64,000 bases of DNA from Candidatus Latescibacterota bacterium (GTDB taxonomy: Bacteria; Latescibacterota; UBA2968), in NCBI GenBank assembly GCA_965208125.1, contig OZ242320.1, positions 2,816,001-2,880,000 on the forward strand. Reading direction: 5' to 3'. Of this stretch, positions 28,805-37,597 are shown piece after piece. The notes under the pieces were generated by a model. It saw only the letters and a list, made by a program, of their open reading frames with translations, was not told where the DNA came from and did no database searches. The position numbers and the translations under genes were made by a program. Position 1 is the stretch's first letter; every line of letters starts with the position of its first letter.

Positions 28805-30109
28805 TCAAAGTGATTGAAGAACGTCTCGCGTTTTCGAGAGCGTTTCATCTATATCTGTTTGTGAATGTGCAAACGAAATACTGCCTTGTTTTGTTGCCAG
28901 TGGAAAGTGATAAATGCCTTTTTCAATCAATGCGCGGCGATACTGTTCGTCAAGCGCGAAATCGTGGTGTTCGGCAATATCGTGCCAATCAATGGGCGCG
29001 TGGTCCATAAAATAAACGCAAAAAGCCGATCCCTGTCGGGAAATTGTCACATCTATTCCGGCTTCTTTGAATAATGCCGTCATTTCCGTTTCCAATTGTT
29101 CGCCTACCGCGTAAAGCTGTTCAAAATCTGCCGATGCGAGTTTTTCCATTGTGGCAATGGCGCCTGCGCATGATATGGGATGGGCATTGTATGTTCCCGC
29201 GATCAATACGCGCTTTGCTGGATTTTCGTGGACAAAATAATCCATGAGGGATGCCCGTCCGCCAATTGCGCCAATGGGATAGCCATTGGCTATTGCTTTG
29301 CCAAATACGGACAGGTCTGGCATGATGCCACATATGCTTTGATAGCCTCCCATCGCGTGGCGAAATCCCGTTTTTACTTCGTCGAATATTAGCACAACCC
29401 CTCGCGCATCGCACAAATCGCGCAATCCCCGTAAATAGCCCGCTTGCGGATGTACGATGCCGATATTTTGCAAAATAGGTTCGAGGATTAACGCGGCGAT
29501 ATCGTACTGGTCCATTGCCCAGCGCACGGAATTGAGGTCGTTAAAATTCACCACATGTACATCGTCCAATACGCTGTTGGGTACGCCAGCAGAGAGCGGT
29601 ATTTTTTTGTATTCACCCGGGGAAACTCGCGGTCCGATTGCATCTATCGGCGTCGTGACATTCAACGCTACGTCATTGTGCCAGCCGTTATATCCTCCCT
29701 GCATTACGATGACGCCATTGCGCCCCGTATGCGCCCGCGCAATGCGAATGGCGTGATAGGTGGCTTCTGACCCCGTATTGGTGAGCATGACTTTTTCGAC
29801 GGACGGTACGTGTTTTACAATCAATGCGGCGCAATGTCCTTCCCAGGGGTTGGTGCCCGATCCCATCAGTGTTGCGCCTTCGGCGAGTACTTTTGCCACT
29901 GCCGCGTTTACATCCGGATCATTGTGTCCCAGGATAAATGGCGCGAATGCCGCGTGATAGTCGATGTATCCATTGCCGTCTGCATCCCACACATGGCTGC
30001 CCTGCCCGCGCACAAAGGCGATTTCCGGCGCGACGGCGCGGTTGACTGATACTACGCCTCCGGGGATGACTTTGCGGTTTTTTTGGAAAATTGTTTTGGA
30101 AGAGGACAT
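28805..30109 (-). CDS. Class III aminotransferase (GSA aminomutase-like)
   Basis: PGGVVS, NTGSEAT, FDEVKTGFR, FGKAIANG, GTYNAH. Confidence 0.88.
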   Translation of the reverse strand: MSSSKTIFQKNRKVIPGGVVSVNRAVAPEIAFVRGQGSHVWDADGNGYIDYHAAFAPFILGHNDPDVNAAVAKVLAEGATLMGSGTNPWEGHCAALIVKHVPSVEKVMLTNTGSEATYHAIRIARAHTGRNGVIVMQGGYNGWHNDVALNVTTPIDAIGPRVSPGEYKKIPLSAGVPNSVLDDVHVVNFNDLNSVRWAMDQYDIAALILEPILQNIGIVHPQAGYLRGLRDLCDARGVVLIFDEVKTGFRHAMGGYQSICGIMPDLSVFGKAIANGYPIGAIGGRASLMDYFVHENPAKRVLIAGTYNAHPISCAGAIATMEKLASADFEQLYAVGEQLETEMTALFKEAGIDVTISRQGSAFCVYFMDHAPIDWHDIAEHHDFALDEQYRRALIEKGIYHFPLATKQGSISFAHSQTDIDETLSKTRDVLQSL

Positions 30110-30116
30110 AGCTTTA

Positions 30117-30830
30117 TCACACGTCGCGTTTGTAATAATTTTCCCAGCGTTCAGCCGGTTCGTAACCCAAAATGCGTTTTGCTTTTTCCATGGTGTATTT
30201 CTGGTGCGCTGTCATACTCACCATGTTGAATTCCTGATAATTATCCGGCACGGATGCGATATCCAGCGCGAGGCAACACGCATGGGCCAGGTCTTTCCAG
30301 AATATGCGAAATGGGGGGAAGTCTTCGCCTTTGATCGGCTCACTCGGCTCCAGACCCAGGCTGTTGAATACAAAACAAATTGTCTGTATATCGTATATTC
30401 GCGCGTAGGTGCGACAAATCTCGTAGCTGAGCATTTTGGTTAAGCCGTAATACCCGGTACCAGGAGCGCGGGGGACATCGGTGATTTCAAAATCCTGATC
30501 GTAATAACTCCGCACCAGTTGCGGTCCCGTATGTACTACTTTTTTGATGCCCAATTCGGCAGCGGCTTTCATGACATGCAGTGCGCCCAGCACACTGACG
30601 TGAAAGCTCAGGATGGGATCGGGACGATTTACTGTAAAATTCATCACCGCGTCCACGCCCCGCATGGCATCGCGCACCTGGTCGTAATCGCGCATATCTA
30701 CATGTTCGATGGGCCGACCATCGGGATAGGGCTTTACGTCGGCCAGTATGAGATCGCAATGCGATTCCATATCTGGTATGATATTGGGTGCAATCTGTCC
30801 CGAAGCGCCCAGCAAAAGTACTTTTTTCAC
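30117..30830 (-). CDS. NAD(P)-dependent epimerase/dehydrogenase (extended SDR, uronate dehydrogenase-like)
   Basis: LGASGQIA; YGLTK catalytic YxxxK. Confidence 0.82.
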   Translation of the reverse strand: MKKVLLLGASGQIAPNIIPDMESHCDLILADVKPYPDGRPIEHVDMRDYDQVRDAMRGVDAVMNFTVNRPDPILSFHVSVLGALHVMKAAAELGIKKVVHTGPQLVRSYYDQDFEITDVPRAPGTGYYGLTKMLSYEICRTYARIYDIQTICFVFNSLGLEPSEPIKGEDFPPFRIFWKDLAHACCLALDIASVPDNYQEFNMVSMTAHQKYTMEKAKRILGYEPAERWENYYKRDV

Positions 30831-31594
30831 GCGTCACCTCCACGCCAGCTGGCTTCAAAATTGTGCTTCGGTTGAAAACCCCGCAACTGGGATCCACTAA
30901 TTTTGCCGACCAGATATTTTGGATTTGGAATGTCTGCACAAATGTGGTGGAGGGCAAATCGCTTGTTCCACTTCAATTCGGATTGTGCATCTCGATTGAG
31001 AGATAGGCGAAATGCCCGCGCCGCATCGCGGTAATCGACCCACATGAGGTCTGGGTCTTGTGGAGAAGTGTCTTCTTCTGCGATCAGCTTGCCCAGTCGC
31101 AATACTGTGACGGCTACGGGAAAATCGCGCGCAAATTCGCGCGCCGTCATTTCGCCGAGATAGCGCGTGAGTTGGAATTTGTCCGTGGATGGCATGGGGC
31201 GCCACATTTCGCTGATATATACATCATCGGGATAGGCTTCGAATATTTGTAGTGTGCTTCCATATACGAATCGCTTTATGCCGGCATCTATACCGGCTTT
31301 GAATAGAACATGGGTGCCCCGGGTTGCCAGATCCAGCAGTTCTTGTTCGCAGGCGAGATCGTCTTCGGGCAGGTTGGGTGGTGGCTCACCTGTGTATATA
31401 ATAGCCTGCATGTTTCGAACTGCACGCCACGCTACGTCTGGGTCGCGCATGTCGCCTTCAAAATAGGTGATATTTTCATCCTGTTCAGAAGGTGGATCGC
31501 CCGTTCCCCAGAGTCGCAACTGGTTACCGGGCGCCAATTCTCTGGCGATGGCCTGTCCCAGACGGCTCTCGGCTCCTGTTATCAGTACATTCAT
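30827..31594 (-). CDS. Extended SDR family protein lacking YxxxK
   Basis: MNVLITGAESRLG; FQLTR at the YxxxK position. Confidence 0.78.
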   Translation of the reverse strand: MNVLITGAESRLGQAIARELAPGNQLRLWGTGDPPSEQDENITYFEGDMRDPDVAWRAVRNMQAIIYTGEPPPNLPEDDLACEQELLDLATRGTHVLFKAGIDAGIKRFVYGSTLQIFEAYPDDVYISEMWRPMPSTDKFQLTRYLGEMTAREFARDFPVAVTVLRLGKLIAEEDTSPQDPDLMWVDYRDAARAFRLSLNRDAQSELKWNKRFALHHICADIPNPKYLVGKISGSQLRGFQPKHNFEASWRGGDA

Positions 31595-32295
31595 AATTTG
31601 TCCTCCAGATCAGATTCCCAGCCAAATTGCTGGCATAAGCGCTGAATGGGGCCAGGGATTGGCGCAGAGATTTCGGTCCATTTCTCCGATTTGGGGTGTG
31701 CAAAACCGATGCGGGTAGCCATTAGTAGCAATCGGTTGATTTCAAAATGGGATTGAAAAAAGCGATTGTGATGGCGGTCTCCATAGCGCGTATCGCCGAT
31801 GATTGGATGGTGCAGATGCGCACAGTGGCGGCGGATCTGATGTTGCCGACCAGTTACTGGCATTGCGCGCATGAGCGAATACCGCGCGGTTTTATATCGC
31901 CCCACGGGGTATGGTAGTTCAACAGTGCCCTTGCAGTGGAAATCGGTGATGGCTTCAACGGGTGAAGATGTGTTGGGCGGGCAATAAGCGTGGCGTATCC
32001 GCCCTTTGTCTGGCAAGTATCCGCGCACTATGGATAGGTATTCCTTTTTTACCCGTCGCGCTGAAAATGCGGCACTCAATGTGCGTGCAATTTCAGGACG
32101 AAGTGCAAATAGCACAACGCCCGATGTTCCTCGGTCCAGGCGGTGGACCGGATAAACCCACTGCCCGAGTTGGTTTCGCAATACGGGCATGCAACACATG
32201 GCCGACCGATCCAGATGGGTCTGGTGTACAAACCAGCCACACGGTTTTTGTATGGCGACAAGATCATTGTCGCCATACAAGATGTTTAGCTTCAA
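31591..32295 (-). CDS. truC: tRNA pseudouridine(65) synthase, RluA family
   Basis: HRLDRGTSGV, TGRQHQIRRH, HPIIGD, GDRHHNRFF; start set at a TTG downstream of the terminator. Confidence 0.85.
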   Translation of the reverse strand: MKLNILYGDNDLVAIQKPCGWFVHQTHLDRSAMCCMPVLRNQLGQWVYPVHRLDRGTSGVVLFALRPEIARTLSAAFSARRVKKEYLSIVRGYLPDKGRIRHAYCPPNTSSPVEAITDFHCKGTVELPYPVGRYKTARYSLMRAMPVTGRQHQIRRHCAHLHHPIIGDTRYGDRHHNRFFQSHFEINRLLLMATRIGFAHPKSEKWTEISAPIPGPIQRLCQQFGWESDLEDKL

Positions 32296-32309
32296 AATCA
32301 ATTCTCGCG

Positions 32310-32338
32310 AAAAAATAGGGCAGACCGCGTGGCTGCCC
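32310..32338 (-). terminator. Intrinsic terminator of the FKBP gene
   Basis: Minus strand GGGCAGCCACGCGGTCTGCCC followed by TATTTTTT. Confidence 0.75.
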
Positions 32339-32363
32339 ATCGAGACGTCAGATTATATATCCA

Positions 32364-33062
32364 TTATTTGATCTCGAGCAATTCCAATTCAAATATGAGT
32401 GTTGAATTGGGACTAATTTGCCCGGCTTGCCGCGCGCCATAAGCCAGATAGGAGGGGATATAGAGTTCCCATTTTGATCCTGAGGGCATGAGTTGCAGGG
32501 CCTCTGTCCAGCCGGGAATGAGTTGATCTACGCGAAATTGCGCCGGTTCCCCGCGGCTATAAGAACTGTCAAATTCCGTGCCGTCGAGCAATGTCCCGCG
32601 ATAATGGCATACTACTGAGTCAGTTTTTTTGGGTTTCGCCCCGTCGCCGGCTTTGATCACTTTGTATTGCAAGCCGCTGTCCAATGTCACTACGCCTTCT
32701 TTTTTCATGTTTTCCGCGAGGAAAGCCTCGCCAGCTTTTTTGTTTTCTGCTGCCATTTTGTTTTTCTCCGCCATTTGTTGTGCTCGTTGTTCTTGCTGTG
32801 TCTCGATTAGAATTTTTAGTGCTTCGTCCGAGGAAAGCAGGGGGGATTCTCCAGAATAACCGTCTTTGAATCCCTGTACAAATACATCCATATCAATCTC
32901 CATGCCCTGCTGCTTTTTCAATTGATCGGATAGATTTAAGCCCAATGCATAACTTAGCTTGTGTTGCTTGTCCTCGAGGTTGACTTCTACAAATTCGGGT
33001 TTTTCCTGTGTCTGGCAACCCAATAAGCCAGCAGCAATGAATACTGCAAAAAGACGCTTCAT
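32364..33062 (-). CDS. FKBP-type peptidyl-prolyl isomerase (FkpA/Mip-like lipoprotein)
   Basis: LLGC lipobox, SYALG, SGLQY, HYRGTLLDGTEFDSS, IPGWTEALQLM. Confidence 0.95.
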   Translation of the reverse strand: MKRLFAVFIAAGLLGCQTQEKPEFVEVNLEDKQHKLSYALGLNLSDQLKKQQGMEIDMDVFVQGFKDGYSGESPLLSSDEALKILIETQQEQRAQQMAEKNKMAAENKKAGEAFLAENMKKEGVVTLDSGLQYKVIKAGDGAKPKKTDSVVCHYRGTLLDGTEFDSSYSRGEPAQFRVDQLIPGWTEALQLMPSGSKWELYIPSYLAYGARQAGQISPNSTLIFELELLEIK

Positions 33063-33135
33063 GTTTTCTCCTGAATAATAGGTAAACGTCCGCCTGTAAG
33101 GTCTGTCCCCGCAGGTCTGTGCAGGACGTGTCAGA

Positions 33136-34659
33136 CTAAATAGCCTGAAATCGCGTTTTTACTTCTGATAGCACAATATCTGGAATATCCTCTGTGCGCT
33201 CAACTGCATAAACACAAATGTGATCCGCAGCAGCAGCCCGCTGGCGAAATCGTTGGGCATCCCGGTTTTGCGCTACATGAACAGCGGTTACCCGGTTTTC
33301 TTTTTGGATCAGAAATTGCATTAGTGCATCGAGGTTGGTGATCTGCATATCTGTTATGAGAAAAATATCCACATGATTTTTGAGAAGGGGGTCCAGATCG
33401 GGCAGATGCAACGCGGTTCCACCACCGAAGTAGCGGCACAGGGCGAAGAATACGCGCTTGCGATCTCTTGAGAAATCCAGTACTTCTTTTCCTCCTGCCT
33501 GTGCATCGCTAAAATTGTAAACAGCCACGCGCTTGCCCCGTCGCAAATACGCATCGGCCGCGCATCCGGCACCTAAGACGGCGTGGGATATTTCTCGGCA
33601 TGGATCGACCATACTGCCCGAGGAATCGACGATGACCACACAATCGGGTATGCCATCGCCATCGCCGTGGGTTTCGCCATCTCGCCAGTTCCACATCTGG
33701 GAAATGCCCGGCATGACGCGCCCAAAACTGGTCCACACATCGATGTGCTGAACGGGTTTGCCAATTTCCCAAGGCGAGTGAGAATGCGGATGTAATCCGC
33801 CGACCTTTTCCAATGGCATGGTTTGCACGGGCAGGCGAAATGCAGATGCGCGCGCCATGTAAAACAAGAGGTCGGCATCTGTAGGCGTGCCTTTGCCCCG
33901 GCCCATATCGGGCATCATATTGGCGTCTTGTAGTTCGTCGGCAAAATCGCGCACCATTTCTCGAAAGGCGTAAAATCCCTGCTCGGCAAATTGCGCCATT
34001 CCCGCTGCGAGTTCGCCTGCGGCATACTGCTGGGTATCGCCCATCATGCCACCCTGTCCATTTCCATCGTCCATTTCTTTTTGGATTAACGGGGCAATTA
34101 CCTGTGCAAATGCCCTGAGGCTATCGCCCCACTGCGAGGCGTCCAGATAGGGTATGCGGGCGAGCCGATCTACTTCGCCGCGATCTTCCACGCCCAAATT
34201 TTCTCCCCAGAGACGCTGGTACAATGCCCGAATTACGTCTGTCACTTCACTCGATTCGGCATGGCGATACACTTCGGGCAATTTTGATTCGCGCTCGCGC
34301 ACAGCATGGGTATCGACCACTACGTCCGAGAAATATTCGACTACCTGCTTGACCAGTGCCCCGTCCAATAACACGGGTTTGAGCGCGGCATATAGCTTTA
34401 AGTGCGTCTCAAAATCCCAGGGACAAACGGTGTGATGCCCCACGCCGTGGTCCAGGAGTGCAGAGGTGGCGTCTTCTATGTCCATTACTTGCGCGAGGGC
34501 AGCCAGCCGATTGGCATTCAATTGGATCACTTTGTCCGTCATTTGAATGCTCGCGGCTTCGTCGCCTGTTTCGATTACTTCTGGCGTTGGCAATTCGGGA
34601 AATAGATGGCGCTTGCGAACTGTGGGCCAAATGCGCTGGATGAGGTCGTTGAAGTTCAT
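33136..34659 (-). CDS. vWA-domain protein with degenerate N-terminal zincin-like motif
   Basis: DSSGSM, GGT and ITD MIDAS residues; HGVGHHTVCP near the N-terminus. Confidence 0.82.
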   Translation of the reverse strand: MNFNDLIQRIWPTVRKRHLFPELPTPEVIETGDEAASIQMTDKVIQLNANRLAALAQVMDIEDATSALLDHGVGHHTVCPWDFETHLKLYAALKPVLLDGALVKQVVEYFSDVVVDTHAVRERESKLPEVYRHAESSEVTDVIRALYQRLWGENLGVEDRGEVDRLARIPYLDASQWGDSLRAFAQVIAPLIQKEMDDGNGQGGMMGDTQQYAAGELAAGMAQFAEQGFYAFREMVRDFADELQDANMMPDMGRGKGTPTDADLLFYMARASAFRLPVQTMPLEKVGGLHPHSHSPWEIGKPVQHIDVWTSFGRVMPGISQMWNWRDGETHGDGDGIPDCVVIVDSSGSMVDPCREISHAVLGAGCAADAYLRRGKRVAVYNFSDAQAGGKEVLDFSRDRKRVFFALCRYFGGGTALHLPDLDPLLKNHVDIFLITDMQITNLDALMQFLIQKENRVTAVHVAQNRDAQRFRQRAAAADHICVYAVERTEDIPDIVLSEVKTRFQAI

Positions 34660-35429
34660 TTTGTTGATCCTCTGAGCATTTGGTCTCGGTGATAAATCGC
34701 GCCGCCTTCGGCATTGCCCACACCTCCCAGACGTCCGCCGATGTGGATTTCGCCGGCTTGCATTTGTTCGCCGATGTATCTGCCGGCGTCTCCCGAGACT
34801 TCAATCCGTCCGTCGATCATACCCGCGCCCAGATAGTGTCGGACATTTCCCTCGACCTTCAGGCAGCCTCCCATGAGCGAAATGCCCGTGAGGTCGCCCA
34901 GGTCGCCCACAATGGTGAGTGTGATGTCTTTGCGCAGGCGATATCCCATGAGAGATAGGCGCAAGTCGTGATCCGTGAGATCGAGATGAATGTCCGACTG
35001 GGACGATGCGTTGCAAAAGGCCGATAAGAACAAGCCGAGAGGTTCCATGACAAAGAAAGCCGCGTTATTGCTTTGCAGGGCGTGCGCGCAAAACGCTTCG
35101 ATATCGGTCATTTCCCATTCGATTTTTCCCACGATCTGCGATGCCGCAGCATAGGTCGATTCAATGGTTTTGCGGTCGGCTTGCCAGAGTCCCTCGCCGA
35201 CGCATTCGTTGATTAGTGCGCTGTAAGCTGCTGTCAACCGATCCATTGTCTCGGTGTGAGATGCGAGAATTTCATCCATGGGCAGGACGCGCTTTTTGCG
35301 CGTGTCTTCGACGAATTCGGCGAAGGGATTGCGCTTTGGGGATAGTAAGCCGTTGACGCGCTCTGCGTTTTCAGGGGTCAGATCGGATGGTGCAATTCGA
35401 TCATATTCGCGGAATGGGTTTTGTCGCAT
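34656..35429 (-). CDS. Hypothetical protein with C-terminal GXGXG (FwdC/GltB-C-like) beta-helix
   Basis: GDLGDLTGISLMGG / GNVRHYLGAGMIDG / GDAGRYIGEQMQAG repeats; ATGA overlap with the vWA gene. Confidence 0.78.
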   Translation of the reverse strand: MRQNPFREYDRIAPSDLTPENAERVNGLLSPKRNPFAEFVEDTRKKRVLPMDEILASHTETMDRLTAAYSALINECVGEGLWQADRKTIESTYAAASQIVGKIEWEMTDIEAFCAHALQSNNAAFFVMEPLGLFLSAFCNASSQSDIHLDLTDHDLRLSLMGYRLRKDITLTIVGDLGDLTGISLMGGCLKVEGNVRHYLGAGMIDGRIEVSGDAGRYIGEQMQAGEIHIGGRLGGVGNAEGGAIYHRDQMLRGSTK

Positions 35430-35444
35430 GTCTGGCTCTTGGAA

Positions 35445-36767
35445 TTACGAAAATTCTGGGCGTATAGGCTCTTGTCCCAGGTCGCGCATAATTTCCAGGT
35501 AAATGGGGTGTTCGCCCTGAATGGGTTGTTCGTCGGCACCATTCAAGATGCGATTGGCAGTTACCAGAGCAGTTTGGATGCGTTCGCTTTGCTCGGTGTA
35601 GCGCCGAAAGACTTGTCGCACCGCTTCTCGCGCTCTGTGAATGGGCAATACATCATCCCGGTTGTCTTGCGTTTCTTCTTCGTCTCGCCATTGGATGCGG
35701 TGAGCACAGGTGTATGGCAATATCGTGCGGATATGTTCGATATGCACTTCTTTATCGCGCAGCACCCAGGCGAGTGCCTGTGCGTAGCGCCGGATGGAGA
35801 TGGGCAGGCGATTGGACGGGCATGTTTGTACTTCGTAACACAGGTAGCCCGTGTAATGACAACCTTCTCCACAAACTTCATTGGTGCGTTTTTGTCCGTA
35901 TTTACAGCAGAAAGATAGCTCGGCCAAAAAGGTTCGAATATAGGCACTGGCATCGGCCTGGAAAGGCAATGCGCTCATTTCACTGCGAATGGTTTCGCGC
36001 TCGGCACGCCCCAGAGTTGGTACGGACAAACGCTCGGAAATCGCTTTTCCATAATCCTCGGAAATCGCTTCTATCTCTGCTTCGGCATTGGGGTTGACCA
36101 GACACGCCTGAAGGGCCTGCTCGCGTTGGGGATCTCGCAGGAGATGCGCGGGAGAGGATTCGGTGCCGATCATCCAGGACAAATTTGCGCCCGGATATTT
36201 GGATTCTACCATTACGTCAAAGCGATCCAGGAGAGGTACAACAATGGTATTTGTTCCGCGGTCCTGATAATTGGCCGTTGCGAACAAACAGTATTCTTCG
36301 TTGATCTGCATCTGGTTCAAGTAGGACCAGTTGCCGCGATCCACGCCGTTGAGGATCAGGCTCTGCTTTGTTTCCGGCAAACGGTTAATTTCATCTACGA
36401 CTTTGACGGGTAAGACGGAAAATGCCGACCAGACCACATCTTCTTCGCCGCGGTTGAGTGCGCCGAGGTTTGGGCGCCCGACAATTTTTTCTTCGGTCTG
36501 CTCGGGGTGTCCGCTCACTTCGGCTTCCCACACAGCTCCCAATGGCATGCGATATAGCAGCGCGCCTATATACTCTGCCGATGTTGTTTTGCCCAGGCCG
36601 GGTTCACCTACGATCAGAATTTTGCCACCTAATAATCCCGTCAGGGTGCTGAGCAACAAAGCGGCATTGTGTTTTTGTCCTTCGATCTCCAGGTCTGCCC
36701 GGTTAAAATACAACCGATCCTGGATAAAGGTCAAGATATCGCGTACTGTTGTCTGTAAGTCGGCCAT
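35445..36767 (-). CDS. MoxR family AAA+ ATPase
   Basis: GEPGLGKTT, VVDEINR, FATAN, LLDRFD. Confidence 0.88.
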   Translation of the reverse strand: MADLQTTVRDILTFIQDRLYFNRADLEIEGQKHNAALLLSTLTGLLGGKILIVGEPGLGKTTSAEYIGALLYRMPLGAVWEAEVSGHPEQTEEKIVGRPNLGALNRGEEDVVWSAFSVLPVKVVDEINRLPETKQSLILNGVDRGNWSYLNQMQINEEYCLFATANYQDRGTNTIVVPLLDRFDVMVESKYPGANLSWMIGTESSPAHLLRDPQREQALQACLVNPNAEAEIEAISEDYGKAISERLSVPTLGRAERETIRSEMSALPFQADASAYIRTFLAELSFCCKYGQKRTNEVCGEGCHYTGYLCYEVQTCPSNRLPISIRRYAQALAWVLRDKEVHIEHIRTILPYTCAHRIQWRDEEETQDNRDDVLPIHRAREAVRQVFRRYTEQSERIQTALVTANRILNGADEQPIQGEHPIYLEIMRDLGQEPIRPEFS

Positions 36768-36774
36768 TTTGACC

Positions 36775-37596
36775 TCAGTCTGCCTGGGAAGCGGCGGCGG
36801 AGCGGCGGCGTAGCCATTCGACGGTGAGCAGTAGCAATACGGCAAAGGCGATCAGGAATGTTGCGACGGCGAGGATGGTTGGGCTGATTTGCTCGCGGAT
36901 GCCCGCCCACATCTGGCGCGGGATAGTGCGCTGTTCAATGCCGCCCATAAAAAGGACGACTACTACTTCGTCAAAAGATGTTGCAAACGCGAAGAGCGCG
37001 CCAGAGATAACGCCCGGTGCGATTAGCGGCAGTTGTACTCTGCGGAACGTGAGGATTGGCGAGGCACCGAGGCTTGCGGAAGCGCGCGTCAGGTTTGTAT
37101 CAAAGGCGGATAGGGTAGCGGTGACAGTGATTACGACAAATGGCGTGCCCAGTGCGGCGTGGGATAGGATTAATCCGATGTGGGTTTGTGCGAGGCCCAG
37201 AGTTGAATAAAAAAAGAACATGCCCGCCGCGGAGATGATCACTGGTGTGACCATCGGCGAGATCAATAGCGCCATTGCGATGCGACGACCGGGCATGCTG
37301 GATAGACCCAGCGCGGCGAGTGTGCCCAGCGCGGTTGCCAGTGCAGTGGAAGAGATGCCGATGATCAGGCTGTTGACCAGTCCGCGCGTCCACAATTCGT
37401 TTTCGATAATTTGCCGGTACCAGCGCAGGGAATACGCTTCGGCGTCCAGGCGCAGCATGCCCTCGGTGAAGGTGAAGTAGGGTTCGGCATTGAAGCTCAG
37501 CGGTACGATCACCAGAATTGGCGCGATCAGGAATGCGAAGATCAGGGTACAGGAGGCCAGGTACGCGACCCGGCCAATGTATTGTGTAGAGATCAT
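36775..37596 (-). CDS. Polyamine-type ABC transporter permease (PotC-like)
   Basis: ASASLGA EAA loop, SFDEVV, TIPRQMW. Confidence 0.9.
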   Translation of the reverse strand: MISTQYIGRVAYLASCTLIFAFLIAPILVIVPLSFNAEPYFTFTEGMLRLDAEAYSLRWYRQIIENELWTRGLVNSLIIGISSTALATALGTLAALGLSSMPGRRIAMALLISPMVTPVIISAAGMFFFYSTLGLAQTHIGLILSHAALGTPFVVITVTATLSAFDTNLTRASASLGASPILTFRRVQLPLIAPGVISGALFAFATSFDEVVVVLFMGGIEQRTIPRQMWAGIREQISPTILAVATFLIAFAVLLLLTVEWLRRRSAAASQAD

Positions 37597-37597
37597 G

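Noticed and set aside
28805-30109. Calling this gene hemL
   Set aside because: The YHG motif is altered to YNG and no tetrapyrrole genes are nearby.
34656-35429. Calling this gene fwdC/fhcC
   Set aside because: Only about three beta-helix turns behind an unrelated N-terminal domain, and no other Fwd/Fhc subunits in the window.
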